64,000 nt of DNA from a virus. Below are positions 1-10,127 of the stretch, piece after piece. Position 1 is the first letter of the stretch; the number at the start of each line of letters is the position of its first letter. A program made the position numbers and the translations under genes. The notes below the pieces were generated by a model that had not been told where the DNA came from, ran no database searches, and worked only from the letters and a program-made list of their open reading frames with translations. The stretch is taken from positions 32,001 to 96,000 of IMG/VR virus record IMGVR_UViG_3300028840_005911. One strand, written 5' to 3'.

Positions 1-743
1 GTCTCGAGGTAACCATTCGGTGTTGATACCTGGTCCGTCCCGTCACAATCAATGGTCTCCTCATCGATGATGTCCTCGCTACCACCAGAAGACTGGTATC
101 TGAGGAACCTGACCCGTAGGACGGTACCGACATCGAGCTCGGTGACATCCCCAGGGGTGGTGACCGTGTTCGAAGCCGATCTGGTGCCGGGATGGTTACT
201 TCCGTCGGCCCAGTCCCCGCTCTGCGAGAATGAGTAGAACGGCGTCCCGGGGCTGGTAGGTTCCGACACCAGCCCATCGGTCCCCGAGGGGAATGGCAGG
301 CGGGCGTCGGTGGCACCGTCCGTGGTCCCAAGATGAGAGGCGTATACCGGGACCGGCGTCTCGAAGAAGTGAGGTCTCACAATAATCTCATCGACATCGA
401 TAGCTACAGCCACTGGCTGCTCGTAGGCAGTCCCCGGGGGGCTCTGGATAGTGGTCCCATCTGTATCGACATAGCAAACTAATCTTGGGGTCAGACCAGA
501 GACACCCTTGAATGTGCCGGCATATTGAACGATGGCTTCTGTAGAGGAAGGCTTCGAGATTACGATACCGGCCGCAGGGACCTTGGCAGGGCTATCAGGG
601 TCAACAGTATCGACCTGGTATTTTCCTGACTTGGGGCCAGTGATGTAAACCCAATCAAGGACATCGGTCGCCGCAGGGCAATCTGCCTCGAACGTCTCCG
701 GAGCTGCAGGAACTCCGGCACCTGGTTCCTCGATCCGTGCCAT
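1..743 (-). CDS. Partial virion protein (runs off window start), absent from ORF track; N-terminus paralogous to 17969-18640
   Basis: Hand translation from ATG at 743: MARIEEPGAGVPAAPETFEADCPAATDVLDWVYITGPKSGKYQVDTVDPDSPAKVPAAGIVISKP..., no stop to position 1. Confidence 0.75.
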   Translation of the reverse strand, partial: MARIEEPGAGVPAAPETFEADCPAATDVLDWVYITGPKSGKYQVDTVDPDSPAKVPAAGIVISKPSSTEAIVQYAGTFKGVSGLTPRLVCYVDTDGTTIQSPPGTAYEQPVAVAIDVDEIIVRPHFFETPVPVYASHLGTTDGATDARLPFPSGTDGLVSEPTSPGTPFYSFSQSGDWADGSNHPGTRSASNTVTTPGDVTELDVGTVLRVRFLRYQSSGGSEDIIDEETIDCDGTDQVSTPNGYLE

Positions 744-746
744 CCA

Positions 747-1217
747 CTAACCCGACCTATCTCTTATAGCCTCTAGGCTGTCTGTGCCCTGGTTGTAAGT
801 CTTGGCGGAGTCCTTGTTCATCGTTCTATCCATTAGACTCCCATTTGTCACTGCCGCAGGGGCCAGGGTGGGCTTCAGGTCTATCTTGTCTACCTGGTTG
901 GCAATGTAATCGAGCTTGGATTCTATGGATCCGCCCAACGCTTGGGCTATCGCTTCCGACACCCAGATGTCCTTATTGAAATCCGCTAATACCTGGACGT
1001 TCCAGTACCCCTCTGTAGGGGGGGAGTACGACATCCTGTAGTTTCCGGTTGAGCCTATCTCGGTTATGGTAACGGTAAGGGAGGTTGACGCACCATCGAC
1101 ATACACAGATACGGTGAAATCTCCGGCTAGGAGTCCCGTTTTTGTGGTATATCCATCGTCATTGAACACCGGGAACTGGTCGATGATGGTCTCCCCTGGT
1201 GCGATAGAAAACATCAC
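747..1217 (-). CDS. Putative virion structural protein
   Basis: Beta-rich N-terminus, C-terminal TDSLEAI motif; structural operon. Confidence 0.6.
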   Translation of the reverse strand: MMFSIAPGETIIDQFPVFNDDGYTTKTGLLAGDFTVSVYVDGASTSLTVTITEIGSTGNYRMSYSPPTEGYWNVQVLADFNKDIWVSEAIAQALGGSIESKLDYIANQVDKIDLKPTLAPAAVTNGSLMDRTMNKDSAKTYNQGTDSLEAIRDRSG

Positions 1218-1220
1218 TCA

Positions 1221-1589
1221 TCATTCTCCCTCGGCGGGCTTCTCCTCTGGTTTCTCTTCCGGCTCCTCTGGGGCCTTGAGTATCTTGTCTCCGAGTACAG
1301 TCTGCTTCAAGATCTTGTGGAGATGCCCGGTGCCCCACCCAAGAAGAATGCCGAGAATAAGCATCCATCCCCATTCTACGCCTGCTGGTCGCAGCCCAGG
1401 AAGCCAGAGAAGGGCCATGCAGAGAAGGATAGGAAGAACAGGCAGGAGCCTGATCATGATCGGCTTCTTGAAGAGACTTGGAAACATCCTCCTAGACACG
1501 GCGATGATAGTCCAGGAAGCCACCATTATCCCCAGGTTCTGAGGAGTGAGTAGTATCTTAGAGAGAGCATTGAGCGCTTGCTGTTCCAT
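1221..1589 (-). CDS. Membrane protein, holin-like
   Basis: Three hydrophobic segments, charged C-terminal tail. Confidence 0.55.
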   Translation of the reverse strand: MEQQALNALSKILLTPQNLGIMVASWTIIAVSRRMFPSLFKKPIMIRLLPVLPILLCMALLWLPGLRPAGVEWGWMLILGILLGWGTGHLHKILKQTVLGDKILKAPEEPEEKPEEKPAEGE

Positions 1590-1731
1590 GGGTATCTCCT
1601 ATGGTGGGCTTGGTGGACTGCTCGTCGAGATCGTCACCGTTCTTCTCAAGGCGTTCGGCCAGGTCTTTGAGTCGATCAAGGTTAGATTGTGAGCACTCAA
1701 CCAGCTCCTGAACCACATCCTTGCTACGCAT
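1558..1731 (-). CDS. Small hypothetical protein (57 aa), not in ORF track
   Basis: AGGAGG RBS then ATG; MRSKDVVQELVECSQSNLDRLKDLAERLEKNG... Confidence 0.5.
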   Translation of the reverse strand: MRSKDVVQELVECSQSNLDRLKDLAERLEKNGDDLDEQSTKPTIGDTHGTASAQCSL

Positions 1732-1741
1732 GGCGATCCTC

Positions 1742-2176
1742 CTATTCCAGCATGGACTGGATTGAGGTTTCTATCCTGGTGAGCAGGTTGGCCTGCTCCC
1801 TGGTGATCTTATCCACCTCCACGATTGAGTCCTTGAGCTCGTGGATATTCCCCTTCAGCTCCTTGACTGCTTCCTTGAACTCCTTCTTGGTAACACTATC
1901 TTGGGCCACCTTGATACGGAGCTCTTTGAGCTCGTCATCGGTCTTGTCGAGCTTCTCCTCAAATTCCTTGGTCAGCTCAGCCTGTTTGGTAGAGATGCTG
2001 TCCTTGAAGGCGACGAAGTCCTTCACCAAGGACTCGACCTTGGACTTGATGTCTTCGGTCTTGTCAGTGAATTGCTTCAGAGCTACCTTGATGAATATCC
2101 ACAGAAGTGCCGATATCAGACTGATGATCAGCATAAGGATCGATACGAATTCGAGTGATGTCGGCTCCGCTTTCAT
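1742..2176 (-). CDS. Membrane-anchored coiled-coil protein (lysis/holin-like)
   Basis: N-terminal TM helix followed by long coiled coil. Confidence 0.6.
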   Translation of the reverse strand: MKAEPTSLEFVSILMLIISLISALLWIFIKVALKQFTDKTEDIKSKVESLVKDFVAFKDSISTKQAELTKEFEEKLDKTDDELKELRIKVAQDSVTKKEFKEAVKELKGNIHELKDSIVEVDKITREQANLLTRIETSIQSMLE

Positions 2177-2178
2177 AA

Positions 2179-2496
2179 CTACTCCCGAGAGAACTCACCC
2201 CCAGGCTCGGGCACAAATGCGATTTGCAAGTTTCCCCAAACCCATTTCACCTTTGGATTTTTACAATGAGGACACACCAACTCCCCAACACGGGAGACAA
2301 CAAAGAATTCCTGATTACACCTTTCACAAGTGCCCATGATCTGGGACTTGGTTACGGCCTTCGGCACTCCCCCAAAGTGCATCGTAAGCTTCATGATATC
2401 TGATGTGATGTCACGTAGCTTCTCGAGGTTCTCGTTCTTGCTCCTGAGAACCATCGCTAGGCTGTCTTCTATGTCTTCAGTCTTCGTCCGTACCAT
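2179..2496 (-). CDS. Zn-ribbon protein
   Basis: CERC and CPHC motifs; start moved to MVRTK. Confidence 0.6.
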   Translation of the reverse strand: MVRTKTEDIEDSLAMVLRSKNENLEKLRDITSDIMKLTMHFGGVPKAVTKSQIMGTCERCNQEFFVVSRVGELVCPHCKNPKVKWVWGNLQIAFVPEPGGEFSRE

Positions 2497-2935
2497 TTTC
2501 CAGCTCGATTCTCTTCGCCTGCTCAAGGATCATCTTCGGGGCAAGCTCCGCAGCCGCCCGGACTATCGAAGACGGGGTGGGGGCTGCCATCCTTTGTATG
2601 TCCTTCAGCTCCTTCTCGATCTCCGGGGTGCTGGCGTTGTCCTCTGCCAGATCCACTAACCTGTTGAGGCGGGCAGTTTGGACCATGTAGTTGTACTGCA
2701 TCTCTTCGAGATCGTCAGCTATCTGCATATTCCTGTTGACTGAGTAGACGGACACAGCCGTGAACACGACTATCATGGCGACCATGGCGATCAGGACCAG
2801 CTTCCTGGACTTGTTGGAGAGCTCGATCTCTTCCAGAACCTGGGCCATAGGCGGGGCGAGCTTGTTCCCGAGGATATCAGCGATCTTGTCCAGCTTCTCG
2901 TTCGTGTTTTCAGGTGGCATCTTCAACCTCTTCAT
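2477..2935 (-). CDS. Single-pass membrane protein
   Basis: One TM segment (LVLIAMVAMIVVFTAVSVY) plus coiled coil. Confidence 0.6.
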   Translation of the reverse strand: MKRLKMPPENTNEKLDKIADILGNKLAPPMAQVLEEIELSNKSRKLVLIAMVAMIVVFTAVSVYSVNRNMQIADDLEEMQYNYMVQTARLNRLVDLAEDNASTPEIEKELKDIQRMAAPTPSSIVRAAAELAPKMILEQAKRIELENGTDED

Positions 2936-3128
2936 TTCCGTCCAGTATACTCTGCGCTTCCTTCTGTATCAAAAGAATTTGATTTCTAGTCTCTTCCAGC
3001 AGCTGCTTCCTGGTCCGGATGGTCTTCATTGCCTCCTCATGCATGCTACGCGCTTCCTCGAGGTCCTCCGTGTTCGGTCTCTCGGCCTTTTCTTCCTTCT
3101 TCCCTCTGAGCCACGACAGCAGTCCCAT
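2910..3128 (-). CDS. Hypothetical coiled-coil protein
   Basis: Tightly packed in operon. Confidence 0.55.
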   Translation of the reverse strand: MGLLSWLRGKKEEKAERPNTEDLEEARSMHEEAMKTIRTRKQLLEETRNQILLIQKEAQSILDGNEEVEDAT

Positions 3129-3129
3129 G

Positions 3130-3402
3130 TTAGCTCCTGTTCAGGCTCGCCAGCACAGCCTCTTTGAGTGCGGTCATGGCCGCGCTGAGCTCGCCCAATG
3201 CCTGGTTACTGCTCTGCGAAAACTCCATGAGCTCTTTGCTTAGCTCCTTAGCCTCAGCCACTCTGAGATTCTGGAGATCAATTAGCTGCGACTGCTGCTC
3301 TTTGGTGTGCTTCCACAGGAACCATACTGCAGCGGCCAGTCCGAAGATTACGAGACCCGGGATCCCGTAATCAGAAAGTATCTTCAGTGCCGTCTCTCCC
3401 AT
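3130..3402 (-). CDS. Membrane protein, holin-like
   Basis: One TM helix then coiled coil; GAGGTG RBS before MGETALK. Confidence 0.55.
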   Translation of the reverse strand: MGETALKILSDYGIPGLVIFGLAAAVWFLWKHTKEQQSQLIDLQNLRVAEAKELSKELMEFSQSSNQALGELSAAMTALKEAVLASLNRS

Positions 3403-3409
3403 GTCCACC

Positions 3410-3766
3410 TCACCAGATATTCTGTGGCCACAACAAGTGCCCACATATGACGCCCACCAGGACTATCAGCATTGGGATGGTCCTTGGGATATAACCCCCC
3501 AGATCGAGTATGAGTACCCCTATGCAGAGTACTGCGAGAATAGGGATCGAGATCTTCAAATGATTGGGCTCGTGGTCAAGGGGCCACGACATGTGGCCTA
3601 TGAGGATTCCCAGAAAAAATGGAATGACGGGCCTCTTCCAGAAGTACTCCAGGCTGACGGTGCTAATTGTATCTCTTGGGGTTGGTTCTATGGCGGCAAT
3701 GATGTCCCATACGATGGCCGTCGCTATCACTGACCATATGAGTCCGATTGTGATGTACCTAGTCAT
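3410..3766 (-). CDS. Multi-pass membrane protein
   Basis: Four hydrophobic segments. Confidence 0.6.
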   Translation of the reverse strand: MTRYITIGLIWSVIATAIVWDIIAAIEPTPRDTISTVSLEYFWKRPVIPFFLGILIGHMSWPLDHEPNHLKISIPILAVLCIGVLILDLGGYIPRTIPMLIVLVGVICGHLLWPQNIW

Positions 3767-4328
3767 TCTCTTTCCTACTCAGTAAACATACTAGTGATTT
3801 TCTGTTGGGGACCGCAGTCAGACGTCCGTAAGGCTTCAGGTCCTCTTGCGTCCACGCTGACCTGTGCTCCTCGTGGGGGTTTCCGAAGGCTGACTTCTGG
3901 GCAGACGGTCTGATGGGAGTAACCACTAAGATGTTTTTCGAACGGGCTGAGCAAAGCCTGAGGAACCGGGCACCATCCTCCTTCTCGAAATGTTCTATGA
4001 CATCGACCATCAGTATCAGATCGTAATTGTCGAGCTTCTCAATCACCTCCAGGGCGTTACCAAAGAAGACAGCGTCGTAGGCCCAGTCGTAGATAGGATT
4101 GTGGTACTCTTCGAATACCTCTATCCCGTCTATTCTGCGCCTCCAGTCATCATACCTATCCCGGCCGTCCCAGAGTTCCAAGTACTCCCTAGCAAGGACA
4201 CCATACTTACCGAAGCCGACACCGACGTCCAACATAGACATCGGGTTAACTCTCTTGATCAACGAGATGACGTCGTCGATCTGTGTCCACGCACTAGAAG
4301 GCATTACAGGACATTCTCCTTCAGCCAC
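3759..4328 (-). CDS. Class I SAM-dependent methyltransferase
   Basis: Motif I MLDVGVGFGKYG; IDGIE; YDLILMVDVIEH. Confidence 0.85.
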   Translation of the reverse strand: MAEGECPVMPSSAWTQIDDVISLIKRVNPMSMLDVGVGFGKYGVLAREYLELWDGRDRYDDWRRRIDGIEVFEEYHNPIYDWAYDAVFFGNALEVIEKLDNYDLILMVDVIEHFEKEDGARFLRLCSARSKNILVVTPIRPSAQKSAFGNPHEEHRSAWTQEDLKPYGRLTAVPNRKSLVCLLSRKEND

Positions 4329-4585
4329 TTCTTCAGGGCGGGCTTCGGCTTCTCGGCACCCCGCGCAGAGGCGGAGTACTTCCTTCCGTGGCTAGAGCAT
4401 AGGAAGGCCATCCTGGTTGGTACCTTCTCCATGCAACCCTTGGCCTGGCACTTTCCACCCTTCTCGAGACGGTCGATGATCTCCTCCAAAGACTCGCTGG
4501 GCTCCCTAGTGATCTTCTCAGTGGTGTCCGCCTTCTCAGTCTTGGTGGTCTTCTTCACCTTCTTTTTCTTCTTTGTCCCGAACAT
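4304..4585 (-). CDS. Basic hypothetical protein with C/H motif
   Basis: CQAKGC...CSSH; operon packing. Confidence 0.5.
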   Translation of the reverse strand: MFGTKKKKKVKKTTKTEKADTTEKITREPSESLEEIIDRLEKGGKCQAKGCMEKVPTRMAFLCSSHGRKYSASARGAEKPKPALKKWLKENVL

Positions 4586-4594
4586 CGACGTCTC

Positions 4595-6628
4595 CTAGAG
4601 TTTGGATTCCCAAAATTTGATGTTGTTCAGCACCCTATCCTCGTCTGGTCTCTTCTCCAGCACTCTCCTCGCGCAGTTGATAGCGGCCCTGTAGTTACCC
4701 ACATGCGAGTATGCCATAGACAGTTTATCATACCTCTCCCAGTCGTACACAGAGCGGCGTACAAACAAACGAGCCCTCTTTGGGTAGGGCAGGGCACAGC
4801 CAAGCTCGTACCAGAGTACAGCGTCCTCATAACCCTTGCACTTGTAGAAGATGTCCCCCATCAGTACGAACGACTCGGCTCTGTCCCAGCGTTCTTTCAA
4901 TGATCGGTGGACGGCCTTCCTGGCATCGGAATATCTCCGGAGGCTAAGATGGCAAAGAGCCAGATCGAAGCATGCCTGCCACCTCTCTTCGTCCCACCCG
5001 CCTGTGACCAGGTAGTGGTTGTACCAGTGGACGGCCTCCCAGTGCTTGCCCATCTCTCTGTAGGCAATGGCGAGGTAGAACATGGAACGGGTGTCGTTCG
5101 GGTTCTTATCGATCTTCTCCCGGAAGATCTCGATGTTCGTGAACCTCTGCTCTGATCTGGCGGTCCTGATCTCTGTCTTCTTTATGCTCTTGTCGTCGAC
5201 TGACATGATGTTGCCGGACCAGGCTAATCTGCCTCTCTTCAGGGTAGAGGAATCCACGATATTGTGTCTCGGGTTCACCCACCTGACGTGGGACCTCATC
5301 AACCTGTCCGACTTCCAAGCCGATGCCACGTTGCCGTACTTGTCAGGGGTCATCCCGCTCGCAATCTCTACCACATCGTGATTCTTGGCGAGCTCGAGTA
5401 TCCTTGGCAGCTCCTCTGGGTGGTCCAGGTACTCATCGTCGTCCAGTACGAGAGCCCAGTCACAGGTGTTGGCGGAGTGTACCAGATTTCTCACATAGCT
5501 GAAGTCCCATGGGTCGGGGGCATCGAACTGCTGAACCTCCCCGTCGAGATTGAGCTCCTCGAGCAGACCCTTCGCGAAGTCTTCTGTGTCTCCAGTATCT
5601 CTGCTATCTACCCAAATGAACGCCGCGTCGATGTGTTTGCTACAAGATCTGATGGCCCGCTCTACCCCCTTCGGGCAATCCTTCGTAACCATGCAAACGG
5701 CTATGGATTCAAGCTCGGGCTTCTCTTCTACAGGGTGCGGCTTCGCGTTCCCAATGATGGTCTCCGCCAAGACTGGATACCTGTCCTTTGCATCATACCT
5801 ACTAGATACCCAGTTCCTGGCCTCTTCTGGGGACATCGGGCTATCGACCAGAGCCCTCAGGTCATCTATTGTTCTCCACGTGTGGGGCCACAACTCCTTT
5901 GCCCCCATCCAATTGTGTACCAATGGTGACAAGCCGCAGGCCATGCCCTCTGCCACAGCCAGGTGGAAACTCTCCAGCATACTGGTGCTGATGATGAACC
6001 CGAACTTCTGGTCCCTCATCACTTCTTCTGGGTTGTTGGTGCGGCCGTGTATGTGAAGGTTTGGGATGTCGATGTTGTCGAAGTAGATCTTCAACCGTGG
6101 GCGGGTTATTCCCCCGTAAGCATGGATCTCTCTGTTTGGGAAAGCCCCGGCCACTACACCAAGTAGCTGTGCCCCCTTCCTGAAGTTCATATCCCCCATG
6201 TACAGGATATCCGATCCAGCCGGAGACAGGGCGAAGCGGTCGAGGTCTATACCGTGAGGTGCGATCTTCACCTTGTCGGGGTCAATGTTCAGCATCTCAC
6301 GGCACAGCTCACGATAATGTGCGCTCGGAACAATGAGGGTATCCACAAATCTCCAGTCCACCTTGCCGGCGAAATGCTCGTGGAGCTCGTAAGCGTGCAG
6401 CCTTACTGTCACCCTCGGTCGGTCTTTAAAGCTCCCAAGGCGATCTACCCCCTCTGCGGTGTTGAGGTCTGCCCAATCGAAATGTACAACATCGAAGTCT
6501 GTCCGAGACATCGGCCAACTGGTGAACTTCACTACCTCGTGCCCGAGATCGGTCAAGGCCTTCTCTACCTGGTAGGAGAAGCCTTGACTACTCATACAGA
6601 ATCTATCTACCAGCGCTACACGCATCAC
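4595..6628 (-). CDS. Glycosyltransferase (GT4-like + GT2-like + TPR)
   Basis: ESFHLAVAEGMACG (GT4); VDSRDTGDT, DFSYVRN, WALVLDDDE (GT2 DxD); C-terminal TPR-like helices. Confidence 0.85.
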   Translation of the reverse strand: MMRVALVDRFCMSSQGFSYQVEKALTDLGHEVVKFTSWPMSRTDFDVVHFDWADLNTAEGVDRLGSFKDRPRVTVRLHAYELHEHFAGKVDWRFVDTLIVPSAHYRELCREMLNIDPDKVKIAPHGIDLDRFALSPAGSDILYMGDMNFRKGAQLLGVVAGAFPNREIHAYGGITRPRLKIYFDNIDIPNLHIHGRTNNPEEVMRDQKFGFIISTSMLESFHLAVAEGMACGLSPLVHNWMGAKELWPHTWRTIDDLRALVDSPMSPEEARNWVSSRYDAKDRYPVLAETIIGNAKPHPVEEKPELESIAVCMVTKDCPKGVERAIRSCSKHIDAAFIWVDSRDTGDTEDFAKGLLEELNLDGEVQQFDAPDPWDFSYVRNLVHSANTCDWALVLDDDEYLDHPEELPRILELAKNHDVVEIASGMTPDKYGNVASAWKSDRLMRSHVRWVNPRHNIVDSSTLKRGRLAWSGNIMSVDDKSIKKTEIRTARSEQRFTNIEIFREKIDKNPNDTRSMFYLAIAYREMGKHWEAVHWYNHYLVTGGWDEERWQACFDLALCHLSLRRYSDARKAVHRSLKERWDRAESFVLMGDIFYKCKGYEDAVLWYELGCALPYPKRARLFVRRSVYDWERYDKLSMAYSHVGNYRAAINCARRVLEKRPDEDRVLNNIKFWESKL

Positions 6629-6632
6629 TCAC

Positions 6633-6950
6633 CTATGAGACAGAGCCGTCAACTATGCCCTTGTTGACCAGGTAGTTGAGGGCCGCCCGCTTGACAGCGA
6701 CACCTACCTTCTCATCTGTCTGGGTGACAATGTCAGCCACGTTATCCCAATTGGAAACAGGGATCGTGGTCACACCTTTCTTCCTTCCACTTACCCATTC
6801 ACCGTCTGTATTTCCGTACTCATACCTAAGTTCGATAGTCTGGTTCTTTACACTGATGTTGATGTCTGTGACATCAACCTCCCCGTAGTTGGTTACACCA
6901 GAGTCATAGTCCCCTGGGTCGAATGGTGTCGTCAAAACTATGGTAGCCAT
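6633..6950 (-). CDS. Putative fibre-associated protein, paralogue of 10127-10537
   Basis: Shared LTTP..GD...YGEV...YGNT..G.W..G pattern. Confidence 0.6.
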   Translation of the reverse strand: MATIVLTTPFDPGDYDSGVTNYGEVDVTDINISVKNQTIELRYEYGNTDGEWVSGRKKGVTTIPVSNWDNVADIVTQTDEKVGVAVKRAALNYLVNKGIVDGSVS

Positions 6951-6959
6951 CGCTCACTC

Positions 6960-8186
6960 CTAAAAATTATCACCAAGCCACAATAGGCCCAGAACTTCTT
7001 CAACGGTGGTTTGTGGGTTTACCGTATACGTATCTATCTCCTCCCCAGCCACCGTGACTCGAAATCGGTAGCTCACATTTCTAGCCGCATCCTTAGCCTC
7101 AATAGACCAAGCCATCTCAGTATAATTATCAGTTGTGATATTGACAGCGTCAGCAGGATTCTCATCATCCTGAATACGCCCCGCATCGAAATCGCCTGTC
7201 GTCTTCCCAGAAGGCGGTGTGAGCCGCGCTGTAGTATTAGCTCCGCTCGCAGGAATGTCTGCTGATGCGGACATGACCCAACCTTGGGCACGATGCACTG
7301 TTATTTGGTGGGCAGGTCCTCGTGTACCCGTGCTGTCAGTAACCCACATCCACTTGGTACCTGGGCTCTGCGTCCCAAGATCAATGGCAGATATTGTAAT
7401 AGACGTAGCTGACCACGAACTGCGAGACTGACTAATTTTATTGGCGCTCGCGTAAACAGCGTTATCGCCTATTTCAACATCGGCGCTACCGGTATCAGTA
7501 GCCCCAAATAAAGTACCAGCAACTATAACCGAAGTCTGCTCGTCATCAACATCATCATCAGTATCAACACTACTGATCGTAGGACCTTTATCAGTCCCTA
7601 TAAACACGATCTCATCAAGACCGTAATCATTATGCCAGGAGGTACCGCTACTAGGAAAAGTGATTTTGATACGGATGCGCGTACTAGAGTGGCTAATCAG
7701 CCCGGTAAGATCGACAGAGCGTGATGCCCATATCTGAGTACCACCGGTATCTACCTTATTAGGATCCCCGCTACCACCAAACGTACTGCCACGTTCCACC
7801 CAACCAGCACCATTCTCATTCGTTTCCACGACGCACGTCGCATCGTTATTGTCGCCGCGCTGGTTGGTCTTAAACTGTACTTCGATATCATTCGTGGCAG
7901 CGTTCAGGGTAGTGTCAAACTCCAGATAAAACTCGTCATCGAATGCCGCAGGGCTTGACGCCTCTGTGTACAGGTACCCATCAGGGTCACCACCAGCCCC
8001 GGATGTTGGACCCACATCGGTCGATGTAGTATCGTCTGAGTCCCAGCACCAGCGCCTGGCAGTATTGGCTGCCTGCGGCAGCGTGGCATCCGTAGCAACA
8101 GGATCGGTGTAAAGAAACTGGTCAGCGTCCGATCCGGTTTGGGTATCGAACGTATACGTGCCAGCAGCTGGATATCTGAATGCCAT
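6960..8186 (-). CDS. Virion adhesion-like protein with MAM-like domain
   Basis: W...DTTSTDVGPTSG...GYLYTEASSP resembles the MAM motif; Ig-like C-terminal half. Confidence 0.55.
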   Translation of the reverse strand: MAFRYPAAGTYTFDTQTGSDADQFLYTDPVATDATLPQAANTARRWCWDSDDTTSTDVGPTSGAGGDPDGYLYTEASSPAAFDDEFYLEFDTTLNAATNDIEVQFKTNQRGDNNDATCVVETNENGAGWVERGSTFGGSGDPNKVDTGGTQIWASRSVDLTGLISHSSTRIRIKITFPSSGTSWHNDYGLDEIVFIGTDKGPTISSVDTDDDVDDEQTSVIVAGTLFGATDTGSADVEIGDNAVYASANKISQSRSSWSATSITISAIDLGTQSPGTKWMWVTDSTGTRGPAHQITVHRAQGWVMSASADIPASGANTTARLTPPSGKTTGDFDAGRIQDDENPADAVNITTDNYTEMAWSIEAKDAARNVSYRFRVTVAGEEIDTYTVNPQTTVEEVLGLLWLGDNF

Positions 8187-9055
8187 TAGCTCAATGGTAC
8201 CTTTCTATACTCAGCATCTGGATCTGAAGTCTCTTTATACTCCAATTGAAATTGTGATGAATCTGGATCACCAGTCGCATCAATCAGTACTCTTAGATGA
8301 ACCGTAACTCCACGTTCAACCGTATCCACTGTGTCCTGCGATTGTCGTGCTGAAGAACCACTCTCGGTGCCATCGTCATACCAACGATAGCCTTCTTGTT
8401 CCAGAGAGAAAACAGGGGCCGCCGCAAATTCAGCGCTCCCAGCAGAAGCACGATTCTGACTTGCCACCGTCGCTTCAATAGTGACATTGGCATTGGTGGT
8501 AGACAGCCGGTCAGCGAAGCTCATTGCGGACGATGCGTCCGCGAGATCCTCCTGTTCGGTCATGTCGGCCGCCCACGTGAACGTCGTAGCGTTACCGCAA
8601 GTAATCGCAGCCACGACCAAATTACCAGAGGCCTCTGTCAGGTCGATTGTCGTAAACGGGTTTGGCGTTGATTCGTTTGATTCTGCTGTGGCAGTCTCCA
8701 ACACAGTTGACGCACCGCCAGTCTGGTTAACGCCTGTATAAGATGCAGCCGTGATCATCTCATCAGCTGGAGTAGTTGAATAAGTAGGAGTAATAGTGTT
8801 ACCAGAAGCAGCTGTAATACCAGCATCGAGTAAATACCAACACGAGGTATTAGCAGCGTACCCAGAGTCTGCCGTTTGAATTGAGAACGCTTGCACCATT
8901 GCCTGGCCACCGTAGTCTACTGACGTAACAGATGTTGATCCGTTATACTCTGAGCCGAAGCATACAATGAGACATCGGTCAGACCCGGCGCTGACTGTAT
9001 AGTTCAGCGTGGATGCTGCCGCACTTGCACTGGCATCTAATCGTGCAACTGCCAT
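8186..9055 (-). CDS. Putative virion structural protein
   Basis: Ala/Ser/Thr beta-rich; C-terminal LEQEGYRWYDD motif. Confidence 0.55.
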   Translation of the reverse strand: MAVARLDASASAAASTLNYTVSAGSDRCLIVCFGSEYNGSTSVTSVDYGGQAMVQAFSIQTADSGYAANTSCWYLLDAGITAASGNTITPTYSTTPADEMITAASYTGVNQTGGASTVLETATAESNESTPNPFTTIDLTEASGNLVVAAITCGNATTFTWAADMTEQEDLADASSAMSFADRLSTTNANVTIEATVASQNRASAGSAEFAAAPVFSLEQEGYRWYDDGTESGSSARQSQDTVDTVERGVTVHLRVLIDATGDPDSSQFQLEYKETSDPDAEYRKVPLS

Positions 9056-9057
9056 CG

Positions 9058-9741
9058 TTATCCCTCTGTAACTTCAAAGTCTCGAACGGTCAATCCAGGA
9101 ATCAACTCCCCTGTGCGTCTGTAGAAATTTCCCTCCCCAGTCGGACTAAGCTTGAAATCTGCTTTGCGTACCCGCTCACCACCAATCGGCCAAAGATTAA
9201 TGTGGTACCTATTTCCAAGAACAGGTTCAATCCGCTGAGGCGATGCTGCACTCTTATTGATTGATGGAACCTCAACCTCTACCCTACTGATTGTGATATC
9301 AGGTACCTGCTGGGTACCAAGTACCTTGGTGATCTCAACACGCACCCATAGGTTTGTGAAATCCTCTCCCGATACATTTATCCAGTTTTCTTCTTCCTCA
9401 TAGTCATCGAAGGTAGAAGATAGCTTCTCCTCTTTAGTAGCCAGAATTTCAACTGGATCTATTGACGGATCTCCGATGTAAGCCGTAGCCTTGATCGTGA
9501 TATCGCGAGTGCTCGCCTCCTTCGCGCGCACTCGTATGAGTATCTCAAGGCCATCGGATATCTGACCAAAGGGGTTATCCATTTTGACATCGAAGTAGTC
9601 GCCCTCGGTCGCGACATCTAGTTCCAGACATTCAGAGTCACTATCAGTATCTACCGCATCAGCAATAGTAAGTGCGCCACCAACAGGATCCCAATCACCT
9701 TGACTGGTGCCCGTCTCCCATGGTCTCAGAATATCCGGCAT
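9058..9741 (-). CDS. Hypothetical beta-sandwich structural protein
   Basis: GAGG RBS before MPDILRPW; operon packing. Confidence 0.55.
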   Translation of the reverse strand: MPDILRPWETGTSQGDWDPVGGALTIADAVDTDSDSECLELDVATEGDYFDVKMDNPFGQISDGLEILIRVRAKEASTRDITIKATAYIGDPSIDPVEILATKEEKLSSTFDDYEEEENWINVSGEDFTNLWVRVEITKVLGTQQVPDITISRVEVEVPSINKSAASPQRIEPVLGNRYHINLWPIGGERVRKADFKLSPTGEGNFYRRTGELIPGLTVRDFEVTEG

Positions 9742-9749
9742 TGCAACCT

Positions 9750-10127
9750 CTACACAAACAGCCAGCCAAATAAACGGACGGCCAAGTGCGCGTACCAAGC
9801 ACGCCATAGAGGCATCTTGTCCTCAATCAAGATGTCGTAGAACAAGTCATCAGCACGCTTACGATGATCTTTGCTCAAGCCATAATCACGGATGAGCTGA
9901 TATAGTGCGTCATGCACAAGCGAGGCCCGCATGAAATCTGGAGTATCAATTGTAGGACCGCTTGGTCCGTCCCACTGATACCCCGTGGACAACATCAGCA
10001 GCCCGTCACGTTCGAGCGACACAAATTCATTACCACATCTACACCCTCGGATAATACCGGTGTCAATGGAATAATCAATGATTAGCTCATATCGCCACTG
10101 CGACTTGAGTACACGAAAAGCGAACAT
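9750..10127 (-). CDS. DUF1353-like protein
   Basis: GYQWDGPS, ASLVHDALY, RKRADDLF, AVRLFG. Confidence 0.75.
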   Translation of the reverse strand: MFAFRVLKSQWRYELIIDYSIDTGIIRGCRCGNEFVSLERDGLLMLSTGYQWDGPSGPTIDTPDFMRASLVHDALYQLIRDYGLSKDHRKRADDLFYDILIEDKMPLWRAWYAHLAVRLFGWLFV

